From: a virus
Taxonomy: Duplodnaviria; Caudoviricetes
Length of the DNA: 36,087 nucleotides
Reading direction: 5' to 3' (one strand)
Virus record (IMG/VR): IMGVR_UViG_3300033067_000649
Coordinates: 1 to 36,087 of that record
The notes under the pieces are model-generated. The model saw only the letters and a list, made by a program, of their open reading frames with translations, did not search any database and was not told the origin of the DNA. The translations under genes were made by a program, and so were the position numbers. Below are positions 25,696 to 34,930 of this stretch, in pieces (position 1 is the first letter of the stretch; the number at the start of each line of letters is the position of its first letter).

Positions 25696-26724
25696 ATGGG
25701 TATTAATTTATATACTACTGATAAAACGATTGGTAACCGTGAGGACTTAACAGATATTTTAACTAATATTAGTCCTACTGAAACCCCGTTTATCAGTTCA
25801 ATTGGCCGTACATCGGCACGTTCTGTTTATCATGAATGGCAAACAGATACTTTAGCCGCAGTAGCTTCCGCCGGTGCTAACGCATACGACGAAGGTTTTT
25901 CTGCAACAAACGCTTCTGGTTCAGTAACTACACGTTTAGGAAACCGCACACAACTGTTCTCTAAAGTTGTTATGGTTTCTAATACTGAGTTAGCAATGAA
26001 TCCTGCAGGTCGTGACAACGAATACAGCTATCAACTTCAAAAACGAACCAAAGAATTGGCTCGTGATTTAGAAGCTGCTTGCTTAGTTCAATCTGCACAA
26101 TCATCTGGTGAAGCAACTGCAGGTACTGCACGTTTACTAGAAGGTTTAGGCGTTAGTGATGCTGCTTATGGCACAGCCGCTACCGCTGGTCTAGCTGGTT
26201 GGATTTCTGCAAACTACTACATTGGTACTGCTCTTGGCTTAACTGCCGGTGGTAACAACGGAGTGTCTGCTGCGTCTGCTCGTTTCAACTTAACAGAAAC
26301 ACTTTTAAACAACTTGTTTCAAGTTATCTGGGAGCAAGGCGGAGCGCCAGACATGGTGTTCGCTAACGGATACTTACGACGTGTGATTTCTGGTTTCACA
26401 ACCAACAACACTCGTTTCCAAACCATTCCTAACAGTAACTCTGAAGTTATGTTAAATGGTTCGGTAGACGTATATCGCTATGACTTCGGTATCGTATCGA
26501 TTAAGTCAAATCGTTATATGAGCTCTACTCAAATCGCAGCTGTACAAACTGAATATTTCAAACTCGCTGAATTGCGTGGAATGAACTTCAAAGAGTTAGC
26601 TGTAGACGGCGACAGAACTCGTGGACTCTTAACTTACGAAGCTACCTTGGCGGCTTACGCTCCAAGAACTGGCGGGGTTATTCGTCAACTTGCTTCTGCT
26701 TTGGGTGGCACTGCTGCTGACTAG
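25696..26724 (+). CDS. major capsid protein (DUF5309/SU10 type)
   Basis: GNREDLTDILTNISPTETPF, HEWQTDTL, NRTQLFSK, ELARDLE, YRYDFG. Confidence 0.9.
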   Translation: MGINLYTTDKTIGNREDLTDILTNISPTETPFISSIGRTSARSVYHEWQTDTLAAVASAGANAYDEGFSATNASGSVTTRLGNRTQLFSKVVMVSNTELAMNPAGRDNEYSYQLQKRTKELARDLEAACLVQSAQSSGEATAGTARLLEGLGVSDAAYGTAATAGLAGWISANYYIGTALGLTAGGNNGVSAASARFNLTETLLNNLFQVIWEQGGAPDMVFANGYLRRVISGFTTNNTRFQTIPNSNSEVMLNGSVDVYRYDFGIVSIKSNRYMSSTQIAAVQTEYFKLAELRGMNFKELAVDGDRTRGLLTYEATLAAYAPRTGGVIRQLASALGGTAAD

Positions 26725-26732
26725 TATTTAAC

Positions 26733-26767
26733 GGGTGGGGGGTTAGGCGCCACCGAGCCCCCCACTC
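26733..26767 (+). terminator. GC-rich hairpin after the capsid gene (attenuator or mRNA stabiliser)
   Basis: GGGTGGGGGGTT...AGCCCCCCACTC; no U-tract. Confidence 0.55.
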
Positions 26768-26781
26768 CACAGGGAGAAAAT

Positions 26782-27090
26782 ATGAAAGGTATAAACGCAG
26801 ATAAATGGTTAATAGATAAAGGTGATTATCAGATCGTTCCCGAAGTGGTGAATGTAGATATGGCTCACGCTATTAACGATTCTTTAAGAGATGCTAGATT
26901 AAATAAAGGCTGGACTAAGGACCGGACTGGGAAACTACTAGGACGTATACCTTACGACATTCTTTATAACTATGCATGGGCTCACGGTGTACCAGATACT
27001 AAACAACAAGAATGGTACGCATCGGAAAAAGGCAAACACTACATAGAACTTCTTAACGAATTTCCTATGTTTAAAGCGAGTAACGCATGA
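26782..27090 (+). CDS. hypothetical head-module protein
   Basis: GGGAG SD; LLGRIP...LLNEFPMFK; follows the capsid gene. Confidence 0.7.
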   Translation: MKGINADKWLIDKGDYQIVPEVVNVDMAHAINDSLRDARLNKGWTKDRTGKLLGRIPYDILYNYAWAHGVPDTKQQEWYASEKGKHYIELLNEFPMFKASNA

Positions 27091-28346
27091 GAGTATGTGT
27101 ACACACAGTCGGTGAGGGTGGAGTAGGGTTCTACAGAACTCGACAGCCTTATTTGTGGATCGGAAACAATACCGACATTGATGTGTTTATCTACGATCCT
27201 AAACTTCATTCACCGCAGAGATTAAAAGACGAAATAGAAGCGGCTGACATACTCGTTTATCAAATGTGCTTTGGTGAGTTCATTAAGAATATCATCCAAG
27301 ACAATAAGAAACGAATTAAACCTAAAAAGATAGTCCTAGAGTACGATGATTTTATTTTCGGTGTTCATCCTATGAACCCTGCATATAAAACTTTCGGTAC
27401 TGAGGAAATCTTTATTACATACAAAGATAAGTTCACATCTCAAAACGCTAAACAATTATTACGAGCTAACGGCGACGATCGAGAAGTAATCGACAACCCT
27501 GATGGCTCGTGTACGTTTGAAATGTGGAAAGACGGCAAGCATGGGTTCCATTTAAAAGAGAACCGACTGAGAGCCCTAGGCGCACAATACGCAATCGCTC
27601 ACTGTGACCTAGTAACTGTGACTAATAACTATCTAGGCAAACAATATAGAAAATATCGACCGACTGGACCGATTGCGGTGGTCCCAAATGTGGTGGACTT
27701 TAAACGCTGGCTCCCTATGAAGAAAAACGAAACTAAAGAGATAAGGTTAGGTTGGCAAGGCGGATCAGCTCACTACCAAGATTTACATTTAGTTAGAAAA
27801 CCACTTTGGAAATTACTGGATAAGCATCCTAATTTAAAAATTGTTTTACAAGGGGTTGGGTTTGACGCCCTGTTCAAGCCTAACCCTGACAACGGAATGA
27901 AAGACTATTCAGACCGTATCGAATGGCGTGCGTGGCATTCTGATAACTTAACTTATCCTGTGGACTTACGAGACATGAGAGCAGACATAGCGATGTGTCC
28001 TGTGATCGATGATCCGTTCAACCGTGGTAAGTCTGAATTAAAGTGGATCGAGTTCGGAGCGATGAAAATCCCTTGTGTGGTATCACCTGTTTGTTATACG
28101 TCTGTTAAACACGGTAAGACTGGATTTGTGGCAAACAACGATAACGAATGGTTTGAATATCTTGATAAATTAATCACTGATGAAGCGTTCCGTTTAGAGA
28201 TGGGTGAGAGAGTTTACGAACGAATCAAGAACCATCACTCAGTAGAAGAGTATCGAGGGCTTGAGAACATTCTTCGTGATCTAATGGTTGATAACATCAA
28301 AAAATTCACCACAGCACATATCTCTAAAGAAAAGGTTTTAGTATGA
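27087..28346 (+). CDS. GT4-like (GT-B) glycosyltransferase within the structural module
   Basis: GVGFYR, EYDD, CDLVTVT, VVPN, LGWQGG, DIAMCP...FNRGKSELKWIEFGAMKIPCVVSP. Confidence 0.88.
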   Translation: MRVCVHTVGEGGVGFYRTRQPYLWIGNNTDIDVFIYDPKLHSPQRLKDEIEAADILVYQMCFGEFIKNIIQDNKKRIKPKKIVLEYDDFIFGVHPMNPAYKTFGTEEIFITYKDKFTSQNAKQLLRANGDDREVIDNPDGSCTFEMWKDGKHGFHLKENRLRALGAQYAIAHCDLVTVTNNYLGKQYRKYRPTGPIAVVPNVVDFKRWLPMKKNETKEIRLGWQGGSAHYQDLHLVRKPLWKLLDKHPNLKIVLQGVGFDALFKPNPDNGMKDYSDRIEWRAWHSDNLTYPVDLRDMRADIAMCPVIDDPFNRGKSELKWIEFGAMKIPCVVSPVCYTSVKHGKTGFVANNDNEWFEYLDKLITDEAFRLEMGERVYERIKNHHSVEEYRGLENILRDLMVDNIKKFTTAHISKEKVLV

Positions 28347-28444
28347 GCGACTCTACACACTTAGCATACGTTAACGACCAAGGGCAGCTAGTGATTATAA
28401 AACAAACTGAGGATGGCAACGCTCTGCCGGTGGTGTCGGCATGA
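28343..28444 (+). CDS. hypothetical 33-aa peptide
   Basis: ATGA-coupled at both ends; MSDSTHLAYVNDQGQ...GNALPVVSA. Confidence 0.45.
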   Translation: MSDSTHLAYVNDQGQLVIIKQTEDGNALPVVSA

Positions 28445-28767
28445 GTAAATCAACTCAGGTATTTTATAACGGCCAGCCTGTAAGTCCTGGGAATCCGTTA
28501 CCAGTAAGGTTAACGGGTGGCTCTAGTAATAGTTTTGAAAGTGTATCTAAAAACTTAAGCGCAAACGATGCTAGTTTTATTTATACAGGCGATCAATTAA
28601 CATCGATTGTTTACACAACAAGCGGAGGGACGATCACAAAAACACTAGCTTATTCAGGATCGCAATTAAATACGATTACGCTGTCAGGAGATACACCGGC
28701 AGGAATCGATTTAATTAAAACTTTAAGTTATACAGGAGACGCATTAACTTCCATTGCGTACTCATAA
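28441..28767 (+). CDS. small beta-rich virion protein
   Basis: VSPGNPLPV motif and three Y(T/S)G(D/S)xL(T/N) repeats. Confidence 0.65.
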   Translation: MSKSTQVFYNGQPVSPGNPLPVRLTGGSSNSFESVSKNLSANDASFIYTGDQLTSIVYTTSGGTITKTLAYSGSQLNTITLSGDTPAGIDLIKTLSYTGDALTSIAYS

Positions 28768-28799
28768 ATTGATACAATAAAAAAAAAGGAGAAAATAAA

Positions 28800-29240
28800 A
28801 TGTCAATGTCTAATGATTCAGAAACAAATTTACTTTTATTATTATTTAATAATACAGATTGGGCGAATGTAGGAGATGTGAGCGGGCTTCAAAACTCTGC
28901 TACTGCAGGATCGTTTTATGTTGCTCTTCATTCATCAGATCCGGGTGACGCTGGGGATCAAAGCACAAACGAAATATCATACACAGGTTATGCACGAGTT
29001 GCCGTTGCTCGAAGTGGTGCAGGGTGGACAGTTTCAGGCAACCAAGTTTCAAACACGGCTACTGTTCAATTTGGAGAATGTACAGCAGGAACCGCAACCG
29101 CTACACATTTTAGCGTTGGATTAGATTCTAGTGGCGCAGGTGACATTCTTTATTCAGGCTCACTGTCTGCTAGTCGCAGTATTTCGTCTGGCATTACTCC
29201 GCTATTTAACGCTGGAGCATTACAAGGAACTGTTGACTAA
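28800..29240 (+). CDS. putative virion structural protein (fibre/decoration-associated)
   Basis: YVALHSSDPG...EISYTGYARVAV...FNAGAL pattern of phage structural proteins. Confidence 0.7.
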   Translation: MSMSNDSETNLLLLLFNNTDWANVGDVSGLQNSATAGSFYVALHSSDPGDAGDQSTNEISYTGYARVAVARSGAGWTVSGNQVSNTATVQFGECTAGTATATHFSVGLDSSGAGDILYSGSLSASRSISSGITPLFNAGALQGTVD

Positions 29241-29353
29241 TGGATTATATTTGTGAGCATTGCAACTCTGTTATTGGTCAATATATTGAAGGCGAATTAC
29301 AGCCGAAATGTCCTGATCATCCTGACGGTGTTGTGATGCTTGTGGGGGAATAA
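29240..29353 (+). CDS. 37-aa zinc-ribbon peptide
   Basis: TAATG-coupled at both ends; YICEHC...CPDHP. Confidence 0.55.
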   Translation: MDYICEHCNSVIGQYIEGELQPKCPDHPDGVVMLVGE

Positions 29354-30228
29354 TGGCTATTAGAAGCGTTAAAGATATCGTTGATGCGTATAGTCAAGGT
29401 CGTGTACATACACAGCGTTTTTATAAAAGTGCATCGACTACGGGAGATACTAATTTTATTGATTGGTCTTTTGCGGCTGGCCAACCTGCATATGATGCAA
29501 GGATCGGAACATCTTTAACGTTTACGCAAGCAATCGCAAGCGGAAACGATTCAATTTTTATACCTTCGATCACGTCTGGTTTAGAAAGACGACTTGCTCA
29601 AATGGAGCTGGTGACTTCAGCGGGTGCGACCAATCAAGCGTCAGTTGATGCGGTCGTTTACGATTTACTGGGATACTATCCGCTGATTGACGGTGACAGT
29701 ACAGATGAACAGTTAATGGTTAACACTTTAACACTTCCAAGATATACGGATGGGGTAGGTGTCAAAGCGGTGATAGTGAATCATGTAGCGCCTATGGTTT
29801 CGTCTGCGTCTGGAACTTTAAAATACGTTAATACTGACGATGTCGAACAAACTATCTCTTTCGGCGTAGGGCTTACTGGACAAAATAAAGTTTGTTCTCA
29901 AATGAATTCGACAACTTCAGTTGGGCAACTTACGTTACCGTTAGCGAGTGGCGATAAGGGAGTGAAAGCCATTAACTCAATACAATTTACTGGCGCACCC
30001 GGTGGATTATTTTGTATTTATTTAATTAAAACTTTAACAACAATTACAAACAACGATGGCTCTTTAGTTGCTGGAAGTAAATCAGTAACTGAAAAGGACT
30101 TCTGTGCTTTAAACGGGTTTATGCAACCCGTAATATATGATGGTGCCCATTTAGGAATGTTTATAAGACCAAACGGAGGGACGACGACAGTCTCAATGTT
30201 TGGAAATATGACTTTCATTTGGGGATAA
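29353..30228 (+). CDS. putative virion protein, paralogue A
   Basis: LPRYTDGVGV, LPLASGDKGV, ends FIWG. Confidence 0.72.
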   Translation: MAIRSVKDIVDAYSQGRVHTQRFYKSASTTGDTNFIDWSFAAGQPAYDARIGTSLTFTQAIASGNDSIFIPSITSGLERRLAQMELVTSAGATNQASVDAVVYDLLGYYPLIDGDSTDEQLMVNTLTLPRYTDGVGVKAVIVNHVAPMVSSASGTLKYVNTDDVEQTISFGVGLTGQNKVCSQMNSTTSVGQLTLPLASGDKGVKAINSIQFTGAPGGLFCIYLIKTLTTITNNDGSLVAGSKSVTEKDFCALNGFMQPVIYDGAHLGMFIRPNGGTTTVSMFGNMTFIWG

Positions 30229-30237
30229 GGAGAAAAA

Positions 30238-31371
30238 ATGGCTATACAAAGTGTCGATAATTTAATTAATTCTATTTCGTCAGGAAACACTGCGAGATAT
30301 GACTGGAATAAAATCACAGGGGCTGCGGCATACACCGCAGGTCGCTGGTACGGTTTGGAAACGCTTAACGGTACTCCTGTTGCTACTGCTTACCCAGGCA
30401 CTGCGTTGGTTGCTCAAACATATCAAGATATTACAGGTGACGGCACAGCGGCGTTTGGGATTCAACATGGCGGCAATGTAAGTTCAAGCATTAAACATTT
30501 ATTAAACATGGCGGCATGGGGAACTGCGGCGACTTCAGTGCCAACGACTCTTATGTTGTGTGATTTTTTAATGGCGTATCCCGGCATAAATATGAATACG
30601 CTTTCAGCGCAGACATTAATCACAACTAACACATTTACAGCTTCGAGTTCGTCAGGGTTGTTGTTAACTTTTACAAACGACTTTACAACTTATACGCAAG
30701 TTAGATTTACTAACTCAGGCGGTGCGTTACCTACCGGATTAACAGCGGGAACTGATTACTGGTTAGTGCGTGTTTCTGCTACTACCGCTCGTGTAGCGAC
30801 TTCGATTGCAAACGCTATCGCCGGGACCGTCGTTTCTTATACAGACGGTGGGACGGGCACACACACGCTTAATGTTCAGATCCCACGTTATACAGACGGC
30901 GCAGGAGTCAGAGCATTTTTAGAAGTGAGAGCGACTACCGGCGCAGTAGCTCATAACTTGGCATATTCTTACACTAATCAAGCCGGAACTAATGGCAAAA
31001 CAAACCCTGTAACTGTTGCGTGTACGGCTTCGGCTATCGTTCCGCATATTACACACTCTGGCGTTGCAGCGAATAACTACGGGCCGTTTTTACCATTAGC
31101 GCAAAGTGATACAGGGATACAATCTTTTCAAAGCGTGACGCTTAGTGCGGCTTCTGGCTCTGCGTCTACCGCAGTTTTAGTTTTAGTGAAACCTATCGCA
31201 CAAATAACAATCGGAGTAGCTTCTCTGATGACTGAAAAGGATTTATTAAACCAAATTCCATCGCTTCCTGTGATTAAAGACACCGCTTGTTTAGGGTGGA
31301 TTATCGGCGCAGGTGCAGCAACAGCGGCATCGACAACTTTTGCGGGTCAAACGGAATACGTTTGGGGATAA
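30238..31371 (+). CDS. putative virion protein, paralogue B with inserted domain
   Basis: IPRYTDGAGV, LPLAQSDTGI, ends YVWG; insert containing LPTGLTAGTDYW. Confidence 0.72.
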   Translation: MAIQSVDNLINSISSGNTARYDWNKITGAAAYTAGRWYGLETLNGTPVATAYPGTALVAQTYQDITGDGTAAFGIQHGGNVSSSIKHLLNMAAWGTAATSVPTTLMLCDFLMAYPGINMNTLSAQTLITTNTFTASSSSGLLLTFTNDFTTYTQVRFTNSGGALPTGLTAGTDYWLVRVSATTARVATSIANAIAGTVVSYTDGGTGTHTLNVQIPRYTDGAGVRAFLEVRATTGAVAHNLAYSYTNQAGTNGKTNPVTVACTASAIVPHITHSGVAANNYGPFLPLAQSDTGIQSFQSVTLSAASGSASTAVLVLVKPIAQITIGVASLMTEKDLLNQIPSLPVIKDTACLGWIIGAGAATAASTTFAGQTEYVWG

Positions 31372-31372
31372 T

Positions 31373-32053
31373 ATGATTTACCCTAACAACTATAGAAGTG
31401 CGGTAGGCTGGAATCAATTTAGACATTTTGGATTGCCTACTTTGTACTTTTATAAAGGGAATTTTGGAAGCAAACGCAATTTATTTTTAAACGATTCAAT
31501 CCCAGAAACAACAAGTTACCCAGACGGTTATGCTATTGGTGCGGTTTTAGTTCCGCCTATTAAAGCGGGCGGGATGTCTTCTTATTCGCAAGGCAGAATA
31601 ACTTTTGCAGAGGGCGCAAGCGTTTTAATTAAAGGCGGACCAGTAGAAGGCACTGGGTCATTTACTTTAAGCGGTGATTCTAAAAATTTATCGTTAACTG
31701 TTGGTTTAGACGGTACTTCCACAATCACATTTTCAGGAAATGGGAATGTATTAAAATTAACGATTGGTTTGAATGGCACGGGGACATTTACGCTTAGTGG
31801 CGACAGTAACATTTTGTCGATGATTGTCCCGTTTGAAGGATTAGGAACGATCACATTCTCAGAGGGCACTACTAATTTAAAAGGCTTGCTTTCGATGACC
31901 GGAGAGTGGACACCATTCACTGATTTATCGCCTGAAAATTTAGCTAACGCAGTCTGGGAATCCGCTGCAACAGATCACAATAGCTCAGGCACGATGGGTA
32001 AAATCGTTAGACAAATTAAAACCAATGCTGATTTGATACCAGCTGCCTTATAG
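31373..32053 (+). CDS. putative fibre-like virion protein with beta repeats
   Basis: ~21-aa repeats of GTG(S/T)(F/I)T(L/F)SG; ends LANAVW...GTMGK. Confidence 0.68.
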   Translation: MIYPNNYRSAVGWNQFRHFGLPTLYFYKGNFGSKRNLFLNDSIPETTSYPDGYAIGAVLVPPIKAGGMSSYSQGRITFAEGASVLIKGGPVEGTGSFTLSGDSKNLSLTVGLDGTSTITFSGNGNVLKLTIGLNGTGTFTLSGDSNILSMIVPFEGLGTITFSEGTTNLKGLLSMTGEWTPFTDLSPENLANAVWESAATDHNSSGTMGKIVRQIKTNADLIPAAL

Positions 32054-32065
32054 AAAGGGGAAAAA

Positions 32066-32995
32066 ATGTATATACAATTACACGATGACTTAAGAAATCT
32101 GATGAACGATAACGAATCGTCTCAAGCGAGGGCGAATGCTAAATCATTCATTAACTATGCTCTGAGAGATATCGCTAACGAGTACGACTGGGAGTTTTTG
32201 AGAGGCTCGACCACATTCGCACCGACAGCAAACGGAACCTATGACCTGAACCCGATTACTGTTCTGACTGGTCTATCAGCCACAATCTACGGGATCGCTT
32301 CGGCTAGTGCTGATGACGGGAAGATCGTTAATGTGTTTGGTAAATATATTAACTCGACAACTTCGGCTTACTCTTCGGTAGTTTCTGCGATCACTGTGTC
32401 GGCTTCGTTAACGGCTAGTGCTGGGCAGTCATTTACGGTCATTGATGCGTTTACTAAGCCGGTCACTTCAGGATCAATTATTATCACAAGCGGATCAGGG
32501 AATATTATTTGCACACTAGGGGCAAACGATACATACGTTTCAAATGATATCCGAAAGATTAACGCAATTGTAAATACGACTAACGATAAGAACGTAATCA
32601 GATACGATTACAATAAATTTGTTAAAGGTTCACCGGATGAATCTGTAGATTCAGACGTGTTAGCGTGGGATGTCGATTACGGCTCGACTGTTCGAGTGAT
32701 GAACCTAAATACCACCTCAACGCCTACATATAAAGTTTTATATCAGAGACAAAACAAACCTTTAATTAACGACTGGGACAAGCCAGAGTTCCCTGAGTAT
32801 TTCTATCCTGACATCATCATGTACGCATACGAAGTTTATGGAAAACGATACCAAGACGAAGCTGATGCAGTAAATGGATCACAGCTTTATTTACTCAAGA
32901 AAGAATTAATCAATGAGATCATCCGTAAATGGGTATCAGGAGGAGACCGTCCTAGCCAAAGGATTCTTCCTCGTGGTTATAAATCGAAACTATAA
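32066..32995 (+). CDS. head-tail adaptor-like protein with Ser/Ala-rich insertion
   Basis: FINYALRDIANEYDWEFL N-terminus, DKPEFPE near C-terminus; position before nozzle. Confidence 0.65.
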   Translation: MYIQLHDDLRNLMNDNESSQARANAKSFINYALRDIANEYDWEFLRGSTTFAPTANGTYDLNPITVLTGLSATIYGIASASADDGKIVNVFGKYINSTTSAYSSVVSAITVSASLTASAGQSFTVIDAFTKPVTSGSIIITSGSGNIICTLGANDTYVSNDIRKINAIVNTTNDKNVIRYDYNKFVKGSPDESVDSDVLAWDVDYGSTVRVMNLNTTSTPTYKVLYQRQNKPLINDWDKPEFPEYFYPDIIMYAYEVYGKRYQDEADAVNGSQLYLLKKELINEIIRKWVSGGDRPSQRILPRGYKSKL

Positions 32996-33003
32996 GGTGA
33001 TAT

Positions 33004-34515
33004 ATGCCTAGTACATTACAAAACATTAATTGGTTTCCAGGTAGAGGATTAGATTTAGATTCCCCTATTCATCAAGTAAGCAACCAACACGCCGCATCTG
33101 GGCTCAACTGGTACTCAGTAGACGGCAAGAATGCAGAAAAGAAGTTCGGATATGATGAAGTAAATACATCTGCGGTTTCAGCTACTCCTAACATTACAGG
33201 GCTTCATTCGCTATACTTATCTAATGGGACTGATTATGAGCTGGTATCAACGTCTAATGGCGATATCTGGACCGATTCGAGCGGTACGATCACCACGAAA
33301 ATCCTATCGGGTCTCTCGACGTCGTACCCGTTAGATTACACACAATTTCTAGACACTGGTATCTGGGCTGATGGTGGCTATTATCTAAAAACATGGAACG
33401 GTTCGGCCTCTGGGACTGTCTCTGCGGGCGCTTCAGCCATCGCATGTGAGGTTCATCTTAATAAATTATTTACTGCTGATATAAATAGTTCAACAATTCG
33501 CTATTCTCAGACTGGAAGCATCTCTACATTCACCGGAGCAGGTACAGATACGTTTAATTTCGAACAAAACAACGGTCAAAATATCGTAGGCATGCAGTCT
33601 TTTGCTAGAAATGAACTAATTATTTTTAAAGAACGCTCGATGGGTAAATTAATCGGTTATGACAAGGCATCTTTCAATCTTTTAACGATTGATCGCTCGA
33701 TCGGTTGCGCTTGCAAACGCTCAATGCAGAATTTTAAGGCCAATACCACAGGCGGACTGATGTTATGGGCTAACTGGGACGGGATTTATGCTTATGACGG
33801 CTCAACTCCTAAGAAAGTCAGCCAGAAAATTCAACCGTTTTGGGATTCGATAAATAAAAACTATATGAAAGATATGGTATCAGCGATTGACGAAGATACG
33901 GGGCTTTATTTTCTTTCTGTACCGTACGGGTCAGGACAAACAACAAATAATTACACAATAGTTTTAAACTTAAACCAACCATATCAAGACGATGAAGGAT
34001 TTCATTTGCCTGCGTTTATTTGGTCAGATGGTTGGTATTCAATGAATCAAGAAACCAGTACGAACACAGCAAAAGTTGTTATGGGTGGAACTGGATATAA
34101 ATATTATTACTCAGATATGCTTTACTCTAACGCTGGTAGCTCGGTAACTGCGTATATCGTGTCACCTGGTTTCACTTTCGACACATTAGGTTACTCAAAT
34201 GCACTTCGTAGACTGTACTGCGTAATGAGTTCAGCGACAGGGAATATGAGCGTATACGGAAACTTTGTAGACTCTGATGATTGGGTACTTCAACAGACTT
34301 TTGACATGTCCGGCGGAGCGGCTAGGCTTGGGATTGACTTTGCGTTAGGTCTCTCACCTCTCGGGTTCCCTGAAGCTAACTTCTCACAACGTATTAATAC
34401 AAACTTACGAGGCAGACGAATTAAAATTAAATTCGAACAGGCTTCGGATTCAGATAGGTTTACTCTTAACGCACCTGTGGAACTTTATTTTAAACGTGGG
34501 GGCATGCAAGGATGA
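33004..34515 (+). CDS. tail nozzle / DNA-stabilisation protein (P22 gp10 / tubular-B-like)
   Basis: HLNKLF, IRYS, ELIIFKERS, SIGC, DGIYAYDG, KVSQKI; beta-rich, 503 aa. Confidence 0.7.
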   Translation: MPSTLQNINWFPGRGLDLDSPIHQVSNQHAASGLNWYSVDGKNAEKKFGYDEVNTSAVSATPNITGLHSLYLSNGTDYELVSTSNGDIWTDSSGTITTKILSGLSTSYPLDYTQFLDTGIWADGGYYLKTWNGSASGTVSAGASAIACEVHLNKLFTADINSSTIRYSQTGSISTFTGAGTDTFNFEQNNGQNIVGMQSFARNELIIFKERSMGKLIGYDKASFNLLTIDRSIGCACKRSMQNFKANTTGGLMLWANWDGIYAYDGSTPKKVSQKIQPFWDSINKNYMKDMVSAIDEDTGLYFLSVPYGSGQTTNNYTIVLNLNQPYQDDEGFHLPAFIWSDGWYSMNQETSTNTAKVVMGGTGYKYYYSDMLYSNAGSSVTAYIVSPGFTFDTLGYSNALRRLYCVMSSATGNMSVYGNFVDSDDWVLQQTFDMSGGAARLGIDFALGLSPLGFPEANFSQRINTNLRGRRIKIKFEQASDSDRFTLNAPVELYFKRGGMQG

Positions 34516-34844
34516 AGGCAAACCAAGTTGGTCAATTTACTGATGCATCGGTACAGACAGAGGTTGAGAACATTTACCGTGTTCTTAATCAGATCGCTTT
34601 TGGGTCCACAACAGGCCAACGCTGTGAAAACTTAGACGCTTATTTAGTTGAGATCACAGCGGTTTCTGGAACGGATGTTTCAGCTTCGCATGATTTGAAA
34701 CGTACTCCTAGTAACTGGTTACAGGTTTGGACAAACGTATCTGGGACCACGTACGAAAGCAGCTCTGGGGTTTCTGCGAACTCGGATACAGTGGCGTGGT
34801 TTAGGGCGACAGTAACAGGAAATTATAGATTAATAGTGATTTAA
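34512..34844 (+). CDS. small tail protein
   Basis: ATGA-coupled; HDLKRTP motif of short tail beta-domains. Confidence 0.65.
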   Translation: MKANQVGQFTDASVQTEVENIYRVLNQIAFGSTTGQRCENLDAYLVEITAVSGTDVSASHDLKRTPSNWLQVWTNVSGTTYESSSGVSANSDTVAWFRATVTGNYRLIVI

Positions 34845-34873
34845 GATTATAGGTTTATAAGCTATTTAAAGGG

Positions 34874-34925
34874 CTTATAAGTTAATTAAACATAAAATAC
34901 GGTGGCAATTTACGGTAAGTAGGAG
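34874..34925 (+). promoter_or_regulatory. candidate late promoter motif, copy 2
   Basis: CTTAT-N24-TGGCAATTTACGGTAAGTAGGAG. Confidence 0.55.
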
Positions 34926-34930
34926 ACAAA

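Noticed and set aside
2938-31920. Minus-strand and alternate-frame ORFs in the track (e.g. 5429-5767, 9219-9533, 11589-11948, 20196-20594, 23672-23950, 31582-31920)
   Set aside because: They shadow well-supported + strand genes and show no recognisable motifs
15006-32440. Extra TTTACGGT copies at 15006 and 32432
   Set aside because: Inside coding sequence and lacking the downstream TAGGAG and flanking TGnC of the two intergenic copies
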